Part shown: piece after piece, positions 11,380 to 22,886 of the stretch
Position numbering within the stretch: position 1 is the stretch's first letter
Layout of the letters: each line of letters begins with the position of its first letter
Assembly: GCA_964255285.1 (NCBI GenBank)
Contig: CAXUUL010000050.1
Location: 1 to 46,444 of the forward strand
DNA: 46,444 nt
Direction of reading: 5' to 3'
Origin: Ionaspis alba
Lineage: Eukaryota
Notes under the pieces: generated by a model
Told to the model about the DNA's origin: nothing
Databases searched by the model: none
Seen by the model: the letters and a program-made list of their open reading frames with translations, nothing else
Position numbers and translations under genes: made by a program

Positions 11380-12219
11380 TTGTTAGTTAGATGGAGGAAA
11401 ATGGAAAAGGAAGATTGCTTTGCTTGCTGGAACAGATCGAGGACGGCAGTCCTCAAGGTCGTGTTGGTAGTGGTGATGGTGATGGTGACGGTCGTCGGAA
11501 GCAAGAGCATAACGTGAAAGTGGATGAGTGATATACTTGGCCGCATGGACGAGAACTCGACGCGACGACTATCCGATATCCCTCCTTCGTAACACTCCGA
11601 AGAACGATAGCCTTAGCGGTGGTCCGAAGGCGACGTTGTAGGATGTGATGGACGATACAGTAGGCAGTATATACGGTCGTGGTGTGATGTAGGTGACTTC
11701 TATGGTCGGCAAATGCCATGGCGGTAATGATGCAGGGTCGGGCAACCCAGTGGTCCACCCCAATGTTGCATAGATGCATCAAAGCACGCTCCCATGTCCC
11801 TGAACATTCAGCTCGCCACAGCCCTCGCGAGCTGGGCCATATCTCATGACTTGTCTGGCGATCGTCGATGATGAGGCTCAAAGACACTGTGATTGACCTA
11901 GCTGGCGTCAGCATGCTAGCCAATCGCCGTGCTCCAGGATTGACCAGCCAGGCGCCATGGTGTTGTGGTACTACTGATGGATAACGGTAAATGGTCAACT
12001 GGATAGTCTTCACACCACGCACAGCTTCATTATAAAGAGTTATACCGCAACGTCCAAGAGGAAGCCACTACGTCCTACTGTTGGACCGTTCTGAAAATTT
12101 GTTCGGCAGGCACCCACAACAGCCATAGACCAAGCACCAAAGCTCCTATACCCTTACCTACGCCGTATGTAACCTATACCAAAGTCGTCACTTCAACCCC
12201 CATACCTTTGTCAACACCC

Positions 12220-14850
12220 TCAATGGCTGATATACTGGAAAACCGCACTGACCGCCTGATCCACCGTCTCCTGCCTCAGCAACAAATCCTGGATCTTCCC
12301 CAATGGCCCCTCCGCCCCATCATTGACAAAATGATTCCAACTACTCGTATCTCCATACAACATCGCCGGCGCCTTCATCCACTGTCTCCCATCCGGTTTG
12401 CACCGCTTGCACTTGAACGTATCATGCGTATCGCTCGTCGTCCCCGGCTTGAACTGGAACAACTCCCTCAGCGAATCGAGCGTAAAATGCCTCTCGACGT
12501 CCTCCGCGGAGTCAACCACACACGATGACAGAGACTGCTTATGTGACTGCCGCTGGAAGATCTTCTCCTCGATCGTCCCCGTCGCGATGAAACGGTATAC
12601 AAAACAATCCTTCTTCTGCCCGTCCCGCCAAACACGCGCCAGTGCCTGTTGATCTGCCGCTGGATTCCAATCGGGATCGAAAAGCACGAGTCTGTTTGCG
12701 CCAATGAGATTGAGTCCGCATCCACCAGCTTTGCTGCTCAGCAAAAACACGAACTCAGACCCTTCAGGGTCATTGAACTTGTCGACCAATTTCTGCCGTT
12801 TGTTGACTGCCATGGTACCGTCAAGGCGCAGCACGCCGTAGTTGCGAGCTCTGCACAGCTTGTCGAAGAGATCGAGCGTTTGTGTGAAGTTGGAGATCAG
12901 GACAATCTTGTCATTTGTGTCTTGGCGGATTCGTGCTAGCATTCGATCGAGGACTTGCATCTTGCCCGAGTACCAGGGCTTGGGGTCGCGGTCGCGGCCA
13001 CGTGCGTCCTTGGGTACGTAGTCATCTGGGAAGAGAGATTCGCTGCCGGGTAGGTCGTGGGGCAGATCGAGGAGGTCTGGGTGGTTGCAGAGTTTTTTGA
13101 GGAGGCCAATGGCTTTGAGGGGTTGGGAGCCTTTGCCGCGGAGGAGGGATTTTATCTCGGGTGAGGAGATAAAGTGGTTGTAGAGGTCAAGTTGGAAGGG
13201 AGCGAGGTTACAGAAAACGACGTGCTCGTATTTGACGGGTAGGTATTTCGATAAGATGTCGTTCGTGCGACGAATGATGAATTTGTTGACGATGGAGAGA
13301 AGAGCTGTGACGCATTCGTCGCCTTTCTGCCGGTCTGCGTCTGTGCCTGCGGCATCGCGACCGCGCAGTATGGGGAGTTCGTACTTTTTGCGGAAGTCGT
13401 TACGGGTGCCGAGGAGGTTGGGGTTGGCGAAGTTGAGAAGGGAGAAGTATTCCGAGAGGTCATTTTGGATGGGCGTGCCGGAGAGGATGACGCGGCGGTC
13501 GACGTTGAGGCCATTAAGGGCGACGAAGGTTTGGCTTTCGCCGTTCTTCAGGCGGTGGCCTTCGTCACAGAGGAGAAGACCAATTGGAGTGTCTTTAAGC
13601 TCGTCGACGTTGAGTCGAAGTGTCTCATAGGAGACGATGAGGACGGGGCGAGTAACGGCTCGACCGCTGGCTATGCACCATTGCTTAAGCTGAGAGGTGA
13701 GCTCTGCTTTGGTCGCTTTGCCATCGACGGCGAAGGGCGTTACGGCGTCTTTGCCGAGCCATTTCACTCGCAGATTGTCAGCGAGTGCGTACAAAGACAG
13801 GGCATTTGACCTTACCCAGTTCGTTGGCCCAGTTCCTTACCAGACTTGAAGGACATGCAATGACACATTTCTGGATTGTGCTCTTGCCAGCATCTGGAGA
13901 CTGTTTCAATAGCGTCCACATGAGTGTGATACATTGAAGCTAGAGCCATTAGTTGTGAAGTCGACAGGTGGGACCTGGTCACATACAGTTTTCCCAAGAC
14001 CCATCTCATCGGCCATGATACAACCATTGGCTTTCTCGTCGATCAAGCCTGTAGTACACCTATAAAGAAACTGTACAGCCATAATAAGCTCTTGCGAACC
14101 AAGCAAACAAGATCATGGTTTTGTACCTTTACTCCCTCAACCTGATGCGGTCTCAGCACCTTCGCCAGCCTCGGATCAATGACAACAGGTATCTTTGGCC
14201 TATCCTCGACCTTCTTCTTCAGCCCCAGAATCTCCGCCAAACTCTTATGCATGATCGGTCCATCGACCTTAGGCTTCTCTTCCGCAACCTTTTCCGCCTC
14301 CTCAATAGTAGTAGGCTTGTCATCAATCGTTGGATCGTAGAGTACAATCGCAAACTCTCCACTGGGATCATGCAATGGTTTAGACACAAATACTGCTCCA
14401 GTCCTCATCCCCAGCGTTGGTGCGGGCCGAAAGGGATTGTAGCTCCCTACATCTTTATTGATCAAAGGCACGGCAAAGCGTTGTCGGAACTGTGTTTCCT
14501 TATCCTTAACCTTGAATACCGGGTACTTGTTGACATCGCGGTTGGCCAGTGCAAGACGATCCTCATTCGTCCACGGTTTCTCGCCATCTTCGACGCTGGC
14601 ATCGGCGTCAGCGTAGCTTATCTTTCGCCGCTTCCTGGAAGGTTTTTCGGAGGCTCGAGTTGGTGTTGCAGTTCCGGGACATCTGAAAGGACGGACAAGA
14701 CGATCGACGGATTGGAGGCCGCCGCCATGAAGACGAGAGACTTTAGAGGTCGGAGGTGTGTTTTCCTTTTCGGTGGCGAGGGATAACACTCTGGGTCTGT
14801 GCCTGTTGTTTTGTTAGCCACTAGACTGGATGAGCTTGTGGTACGTACAT
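12220..14850 (-). CDS. RAD54: SNF2-family DNA repair/recombination ATPase Rad54
   Basis: [56 protein letters not shown]-terminal HDTFKCKRC. Introns 14848-14803, 14126-14071, 13986-13940 and 13815-13767. Confidence 0.96.
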
Positions 14851-15108
14851 AATTGAACTTGAGTATTCAAGCGCGTGACTTGGATGAACCCTGAGAGCCT
14901 GACCTGACTAACAATTTCACGCTGTAGAGCATCATAGGGGCACTCAAGAAAGAAATATTATGGATAATAGAATCCTCCACCTTTAGAGTTTACGCGCCGA
15001 GACGCGACGACCACTCCGCCACTTTACGAGGTCATGTGACGATATCTATCTCCGTGGGATCGACCCCACTCACTGAGCAGAAGTGGCGCAGAGAGTGCTC
15101 TGAAAGTT
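14851..15108. promoter_or_regulatory. Divergent promoter RAD54/mitochondrial carrier, with MCB-like cores
   Basis: CGCGT at 14872, ACGCG at 14992 and ACGCGA at 15002. Confidence 0.5.
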
Positions 15109-16325
15109 ATGTCTGCAGATTTCTGGGCCGGCTACATATCAGGAGCTGCAGGTATAGTCATTGGTAACCCATTAGATCTCATCAAGGTCCGATTACAGGC
15201 TGGCGAAAGCGCTACTATTCCTGTTCCTCCTCCATCTGCGTCGTTGAAAACCAGAGCTGGCTCTCTTATTAGAGGTCTGTCTTCTCGAGGAAATGATAAG
15301 AATCTGCTCGTTGACCAATGTCTGAAATTATAAAGGTGTCTCGGCACCAATTCTCGGCTATGGAGCTCTCAATGCTTTGTTGTTCATGACATACAACCGC
15401 ACGCTCAAATTGCTTGATCCAAAAATCACGGATGTTACAAAAGTCCCAAATACAAATCTCTTCGAAATCTGGTGCGCTGGCGCAGCAGGTGGTCTAGCTA
15501 CATGGGTCGTGTCAGCGCCGACCGAACTCATCAAGTGCAGAGCACAACTGAACCAGGAGGGATTGAGCTCATGGACTGTTGCAAAGGATGCATGGCACCA
15601 GGGCGGACTGCGAGATCTTTACTTTGGTGGAGGAGTCACGAGCATACGCGATGCGGTGGGATACGGCTTCTAGTGGGTAGACTGTCGATTACAGCAGTTT
15701 ATGTGACAGGCAGCTGAGAGGTATAAGCTTCTGGTCCTACGAAGTTTGCAAACGTAATTTCCTTACGGAAGACGATACGAACCACCAATCAACCCTCAAG
15801 GTGCTGCTCTGTGGTGGAGTTGCTGGAGTAGTGACCTGGGCTTCAATATTCCCCCTTGATGTAATCAAGACGAGGGTGCAGACGCAGTCCTTGACGAGAT
15901 TGAGGGCAGAACAGCAGTCACTACTGAATGTGTCGTCCGACAGAGCTCAATCCTTTATTCGAGGAGGTGCCGTTGAAACCGCACAGAATATCTACTGTCA
16001 AGAGGGTTGGAGAGGGTTCTTCCGCGGACTCGGTGTGTGCAGTGCCAGAGCATTCGTTGTAAATGCCGTGCAGGTGTGTTCTGTGTGATCCATAAAGACA
16101 AAAGTCAGGGCACTGACCAGACTAGTGGACTNNNNNNNNNNNNNNNNNNNNNNNNNNNNNNNNNNNNNNNNNNNNNNNNNNNNNNNNNNNNNNNNNNNNN
16201 NNNNNNNNNNNNNNNNNNNNNNNNNNNNNNNTGTTCTGTGTGATCCATAAAGACAAAAGTCAGGGCACTGACCAGACTAGTGGACTGTTTATGAATGGAT
16301 CATGCGTGCTCTGAGACCGCCCTGA
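15109..16325 (+). CDS. Mitochondrial carrier (SLC25; carnitine/amino-acid carrier-like)
   Basis: Three PX(D/E)XX(K/R) signatures: PLDLIKVRLQ, PTELIKCRAQ, PLDVIKTRVQ. Introns 15275-15335, 15673-15727 and 16074-16280 (the last spans an artefactual gap). Last exon WTVYEWIMRALRPP*. Substrate not determinable. Confidence 0.9.
16132..16231. other. Assembly gap (100 N) flanked by an identical 55-bp duplication
   Basis: 16077-16131 is identical to 16232-16286. Confidence 0.97.
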
Positions 16326-18282
16326 CACGAGCTAAAGCTTCTCATGAGGAAGAGCATCAAGGTGGTATGGTCTTTAGGTCACTAATGACTGGCTAGAGAA
16401 TTAAAATATCATTGAAGAAGAAGAAGCTGTTTCGATGGCAGAGGTCTTTGAAACTAAGTAGAGGCAGTCCAAAGGAATGATTGTGGCTGCGATATCATGA
16501 GAAAGAAATGGATAGAATGACAAGACATAATACTTAAGGGGATTGCGCTCGGATATCTCCCGAATACGCATGCATAATGCGTGTCTCGATATCGTTTTCT
16601 TCAAACTAAAACACCGTCTTACAGCATCTCACTAACAATTCCCTTCCACATCTCCACACCCGCCAGAATCTCGGTGTATGGGCACTGATTTAGCGCCTTC
16701 CCGTCGTCCCCGTCTTATCACTGCTAGCTGGAGTTTCAGCATGCGTGCCTCTGACACCACTTTTCAGACTCACGATGTTGGCGGAGCATGAGGCTTAGAG
16801 CTCCCTGCGGTGGAGCCACTGGCACATGGTGAGCTATTGGCTGGGAGCCCCTTAGTGGACGCTGAGCCTACCGAGAATTGCTATTGGCTGGGGTTCTGGT
16901 ATCCTCTTTCAGCTTTTGTTGAGTAGACTTCATGTTGTTAGGGGTGGTATCCTGCCCCTCTGTATAGATCAGCCAGAGATCTGCTTTGATATAGAAGCGT
17001 AGAGAACAGTACTGCCAGACGTGTTGTAGCGGCCTATATCAGACATCTTATCGTTTGTGACTCGATTGATATTTTGATTTGTGATTCTCTGGCGAAAGAA
17101 AAGTATGGATTTAGATATAATTGGAATGGGAAAAGGATACGAATGGAGTTGCTTTTCGACCTTTTCCACGGCTAATTCAGGGCAACGACCAAGGCTTGGG
17201 ATCGGGACAGTCAGATGCCTGCTGGTGGTATTCTTCTGTTAAATAGGCTGCTTGACACAAGCCGCACGGAAGTGGGTGAGAAACATCAAAGTCCAATCAC
17301 CATTTAGGCATGATTGCATGTGCTTGAGATATCCCACTGGGAACTTGCTTAAGAGGTATCCTTAGGATGGCGTGGCAGATGGCTGTTGGTTCATATCTCC
17401 AATCGGAACGGAGTAAAGATACGGGCGCATCAAAGAGGGGCACTCTGCATGAACACATGTTCGTCCGAGATATCGATTGCTCTAGATTCTGCACCTAGAC
17501 GGAACTGTACGCAACAATTAATCCACAGACATGGAAGACCGTGAATGTTCGGATCTCGTTGCATGCGCACTGGAGCATTTGGGTAACGAGAGCCGGCCAA
17601 CGTTGTAGCCTAGCATTCTAGCAGGTCCAAGGATTCCATCGGTCTAATGGGTAAATTACGCTCTAGTGATGTAAATAAGATTTATTCACTAGACCTGTCC
17701 TAAAACCGATTAAGAAGACAAAGTAGTCCCACCACATGGGCTAAATGTCGTCGAGAGAGCGTTCAGGACAAATGCAAGATCTACACAAAGGACCGTCCAA
17801 GAGAAGAGCTTTCAATTTCAGACAGCATCAACATCTCCGCCTCCGCAAAACCAGGGGGTAGATTTTCACCGTTGGAAACATGAAAAATGGTTGAGTGACG
17901 AGAACGGTTGATGAGCACAAGCAGCTGCCACAAATATCATGCGGCTCTGCGGCTGATGGAGGTGGTCAATGCGTCGGAAGTGAATCGCCGCCACAATTGT
18001 ATGACGGTTGAAGCCGACCTCTACAATGTCAGTTTCCTCTTTCATACCACGTTCATTCCTAAACCATCGACCTTGCATTCTACCTGTTCACTCCTTTTCC
18101 ATATTCCTGTACAGAATGAACATACTGCACATATCAAACGATCATTTTTTCCTTCTTATCAGCACAATCGTGCAGTTCAGCTGCATGTTTCCCGACCAGT
18201 CATAGCTCCTTCTCATTGGACGTTGAGGTTTGATCAGCTTCACCTCTCGGGGAGCTGCATCAGACCTGGTCTTACCTTGTGA

Positions 18283-19863
18283 ATGCATACGGAAACTCGA
18301 GACAGTGCCTGGGATCTTAGCGCCGTCATCGACCTAATTCATTCTTTGTCTTCCAGCGAAATCAAACACACCGGACATGACTTTCCACGACACGATGACC
18401 CCAAGGCTGTGCCTGACACCACCGACGACAAATTATTAGACGATCACGACTCAAAACTTGGAGATTTCAATGAAATATGGAAGTATCTTGGACAGCCGCT
18501 TGATGTGCCACCACCTATAGTAACTCTGGAACCAGAGGCCAAGGAGATTGAATTCACGAACGGCATTGGCAACGGCGAGGTCACAAATGGAAAGTTGGTC
18601 CGATGGCGAGATGAAGTTGAGGGGGCGGATCTTGAAGACAACGATGAAATAGAAGATGGTCATGCTCTTACAGGTCTTACAAAAGCACAAAGAAAGAAGG
18701 CACGCATGAAGCAACGACGAGAACTTGACGCTGCGAAGCTGGATGAGCCAGTCAAAGCTTCTTCCGCCAGCGACAACGATACTGATGGAGAACCCAACTC
18801 AGCAAAACGGTCTGCTGCGCGAAGTGCTGTCATTCATAATGTCCTCGGTCTTACAAAACCGAAAGAAAAAACAAAAGCATCTGTTTTCGCTGCTCACGAG
18901 GCCTTCACAAAGCAATGCGACAAGCATCAAATCAGAGTCGTGAGAAGCAAATGGCCGATATCGAATCCTTTTATCACTTCAACCACCTTCTTACAGCCAC
19001 CTTCTACACTTTCTGCGCCAACGGAGCAAGACAATTTAGCCGTCGCAGCCGCAAGAAGGGCACGACTACTAATTCTTCTCAACACTCGTTTCGTGGACGA
19101 GCGCCAATTTCTGGCGTCCATAAACCTGCCTCAACCGGCCCAGTACAACGAGTATGGTGATTCACTCGGCATCCACATTTTCGTGGACGCCTCGAACATC
19201 CTCATCGGTTTCCACGATGCCCTAAAGCTCTCTATGGGCCTCAACATCACGACCCGCATCCGTCGCCAACCCCTTTCTTTCCACAACCTCTCCCTGATCC
19301 TCGAGCGCGGCCGCCCTGCAGCCAAGCGCGTCGTCGTCGGCTCCGATAACATCGAATCTATGGCTGAAGCACGATTATTGGGCTACGAAACCTCGATTCT
19401 GGATCGTGTACACAAAGCCAAGGAGCTTACACCTCGCCAAAAGCGATATCGCACTGCCAACAACAACGGCAACACCTCTGCCACGACCGGCACCTCGGGT
19501 CAATCCAGCGGCTCAGAAACGACCGCTGTCCCCCGTGCGCCGGAAAAGTGGGTCGAACAGGCTGTGGATGAAATTTTACACCTGAAGATCTTGGAGAGTG
19601 TGGTTGATGCGAGGGAGCCATCGACGATTGTGCTGGCGACGGGCGATGCGGCTGAGGCGGAGTATTCGGGGGGCTTTTTGAAGATGGTGGAGAGGGCTTT
19701 GGGGAAGGGGTGGATGGTTGAGTTGGTGAGCTTTAGCCATAATATTAGTGGGGCTTATAAGAAGTGGGATTGGAGGGCGAGGTGGGGGGAGAGGTTTAAG
19801 ATCGTGGAGTTGGATGAGTTTGCGGAAGTGCTATTGGGGGTGAATCCGGTTGGTAGGGGCTGA
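18283..19863 (+). CDS. NYN / LabA-like PIN-domain protein with long low-complexity N-terminus
   Basis: 526-aa intronless ORF. IHIFVDASNI, EQAVDEILHLKI, TIVLATGD and GWMVELVSF motifs match the NYN/LabA PIN fold. Confidence 0.8.
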   Translation: MHTETRDSAWDLSAVIDLIHSLSSSEIKHTGHDFPRHDDPKAVPDTTDDKLLDDHDSKLGDFNEIWKYLGQPLDVPPPIVTLEPEAKEIEFTNGIGNGEVTNGKLVRWRDEVEGADLEDNDEIEDGHALTGLTKAQRKKARMKQRRELDAAKLDEPVKASSASDNDTDGEPNSAKRSAARSAVIHNVLGLTKPKEKTKASVFAAHEAFTKQCDKHQIRVVRSKWPISNPFITSTTFLQPPSTLSAPTEQDNLAVAAARRARLLILLNTRFVDERQFLASINLPQPAQYNEYGDSLGIHIFVDASNILIGFHDALKLSMGLNITTRIRRQPLSFHNLSLILERGRPAAKRVVVGSDNIESMAEARLLGYETSILDRVHKAKELTPRQKRYRTANNNGNTSATTGTSGQSSGSETTAVPRAPEKWVEQAVDEILHLKILESVVDAREPSTIVLATGDAAEAEYSGGFLKMVERALGKGWMVELVSFSHNISGAYKKWDWRARWGERFKIVELDEFAEVLLGVNPVGRG

Positions 19864-20701
19864 TGTCAGGTCTGAGATCCCTGAGGATGACATTGATGAA
19901 AGATTATGAAAACGGTATCTTGATGGTCTATGGCCCATGGATTCATCAAGAAGCTGTGGGTGCTGAGCCTATTTGATGAATGGACAAGACATTTGCGATA
20001 CGTATCAAAGTTGTGTTTTACCATGTTCGACGCATGAAACGTCACTTTTCCTTGTGGACGAATAGCCGTGAGCAATGGAGACCCGCGATCGGGGTGGCTC
20101 CAGTTACAGTCATGATAGAGTGGATCGTACTGTTCGCATTCTTAACATGGAGGTTGAGCGACTTGCATATCATGGGAACTGGGGAGGCTGGCATATGTTT
20201 TGGCTGAAAGTCTACCATGATCGTTCGAAAGGACAAGAGGCGAATGGCTGTGGGACATTGCTCAGTTGTGTTCATAGCATGTATTGGTTTTGCGCCCCTA
20301 GTGAAAACACTATGTAAATTGCTGCGAGTAGATACTTCTACTAACAGGGAAGGTTCTTAGTCCTAGGAATACCTCTGGCGAATTTCTGCTCTATTCTATA
20401 AGCATTGTATCCTTGATGCCTTGACTGTTGTCCTCGATCGTTCGATCCTCGTATTCGAACAAGTTCTCCATTCTTCCGTGAATTCAGAATTCGAGAAGCA
20501 AGCTATCTTTTAGTCTCGTCTCAGCTTTATGTCTTCCGAGTTTCTATATCCCCAGCTTTGATGTTTCCCGGAATAAAGATGCCAAATTACTTGGGATGTG
20601 GACTCTGATGTCGGTTCTGACCCATCGATATGGATTCTTGGTAGGGATGTGACATGGTTTGGTGGCAGAATTGCCTGCTCATCAGTGTAATGTATCTTGA
20701 C

Positions 20702-22446
20702 TCAACCGTGGCCAAATTCACCTCTCTCGACTAACGTCTTCTGGCACTGAGCCAAGATAGCAGCTTGCCGACCAACTTCGGCTAATCTACCGATGACTTC
20801 CTTATTGCCATCTACGAAACCATACAGAGCATATGGGATGCTGACTTCTTGGCAAAACTCCTGCACCAGCTTCTGCGTTCGCCGTAAATTGTGTCGTGGT
20901 ATTCTCGGGTATAGATGATGTATAGCCTGGAACTGCAATCCTCCATGAATAAAATCTAGCCACTCGGGACAATCAACATCCATAGTGGTTCGCAGCATCT
21001 TCTGCGGGAATGACTCGTTCACACCTAGATCTGCCGTGCTCATCGCGAAGTGGCTGAGTGTGATCTGGACGTGAAGGGGCGCTGTTATCATGTGGCTGAC
21101 TAGGACAAAAGCAAGACGCTCATATGCTGTGGGAATAGATCTATAAACAATACCGTATCCGAACCAGGCCCAGAAGAAGAATTGCCCGGCTATCTCGAAC
21201 CAGCGGTGCCACCAGGCTGGACCTTTCTTCGGACCAAGCCCAAGGAAGAGGTATTCCCAGCTAAGGCGGTAGAGATTGAAGCGGCCTAGAGTGAGGATTG
21301 GGTAGTAAAGGTATTTCTGATAATGAATTGCGACTTTTGCAAAACGGTCGTATGTCATAATACGGTCGTAATAAGTACTGCGAAGGGAGTCGAAGAAGCG
21401 GTGGGAAATGGCGAAGAAGGGCATGTGCTCAATGTCCGGATCGTGCTCAGGGGAGTTAGTGACAATATGGTGGACATTGTGGTTGCGCTTCCACCAGCCG
21501 AGACTTAGGCCACCGAAGAAATCTGCAATTACGATCCCGATAACGGTATCGACGGTGAAGTTGTGCGTAATGCCCATGTGGCCTGCATCGTGTGCTGTAA
21601 AGACTAATTGATGCCAGAACAATCCCAAGAAGAGTCCACTAGTTGCGTACCAGTGCCAATGCAGGCAGAGAAGACACATAGTAAACAGGAAGACATAACG
21701 GCAGATCTCCACTGCATAAGCGAAATAATTGCACTGATATAGTCCCTCGCTTCGTATACGATCGTTCAACGCTCGATACCGATGGACTATATCCTGCTGG
21801 GTCCTCATGTCTAGCGCAGGGTACTTGGCCAAGTCCAGGTCTATTTCTTGTTGTGTGTAGACATCCATGTGAGATAGTTTAGAATTCGACTTAGGCGTAT
21901 CCAGATCTATGGACGAGACGGAGGAAGCGGAGGAGCTCTGAAAAAAAGCAACATCTCTCTTACTTGCCCTCTTGTGTATTCCAGGCCTGCACTCCGCTGC
22001 AATATCGAATATCGGTGATTGAGATCCTGAGCTACTTTTTGACGAGACAGAATCCGTATCGAGCTCTTCCTCCGCAAGATCCCCCAGGTCTTCGTAGACT
22101 CTGAAATGACCACCTTGTATGGGCGGTAGAAAATTCCTCCATTGACCTTGAATCTTCCCGATCTGGAGAGAGTTCATTCTCCGGAGTGCTTCGGGGGAGT
22201 GCAGTCTAGAATCTGTCTTAGCCTCAGATTACTACGATATTGATTGGGCAACTGCCAAACATACGCGTTGACTTCATCTGTGGCATCACGGCCGACCATG
22301 TGCATGATGGCCTTTTCACCACCAGGGTGATAATGGAGCCATGCATCCGCCTTCAATACCTTGCCGTTCACGATGATAATTTTTCTGCCCTGGGCGATTA
22401 GGCCTTCGATCTCACGTCGAGAAAATACAGTCTCTTTCCGAGACAT
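20702..22446 (-). CDS. SLD1: Cytochrome b5-fused delta(8)-sphingolipid desaturase
   Basis: HPGG haem motif, GRDATDE, and histidine boxes HDAGH, HNVHH and QAIHH. Intron 22264-22206. An alternative in-frame ATG lies at 22476. Confidence 0.9.
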
Positions 22447-22886
22447 TAAAGTGATGTGATTGGCCCTTTGCTCCATCTCAATTGAGGTGCTCGGAGCTCC
22501 GAGACTCCTCAATGGCTTGGAGATGCCAGTCGAGTTATAGATGTTGGAGCTGTCCAAGGTTGTTTGCACTACAAACAAACAGTCTTGGCAGGCAGCCGAC
22601 CTCTGATATAAACACTTGTAGCAGCATTGTGGATACCTCCCCCTTAAGAATCGGCGGTAGGTTTTCTTTGCACAAATACTTAGGTGCGTCAGCTTAGCCT
22701 AAAGCTGAGGTACCCTATAGTAGTGATGTTATGTGTCGGCGGATCTCCTTCATCACTGCTTTTTGCAAGGACTAGTTATTTTGTTATTGTTTATACCTCG
22801 TTCTATGTCTAAAAGCATATGAATATACTAAACTTCATTTGGACAAGACATTTTTCTATACGTCCAATCAGACTGAGATTTTCGAC

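Noticed and set aside
11453..12022. 189-aa minus-strand ORF with nearby TATA-like and CACCATGG signals
   Set aside because: Non-ATG start and no recognisable motif. The good-context ATG closes after 16 codons and no convincing donor links it to the long frame.
14115..14786. 223-aa ORF antisense to RAD54, and similar shadows over SMC4, SGD1, LPD1 and the Mtf2-like gene
   Set aside because: Explained by codon bias of the real gene on the other strand or frame; no protein-like features.
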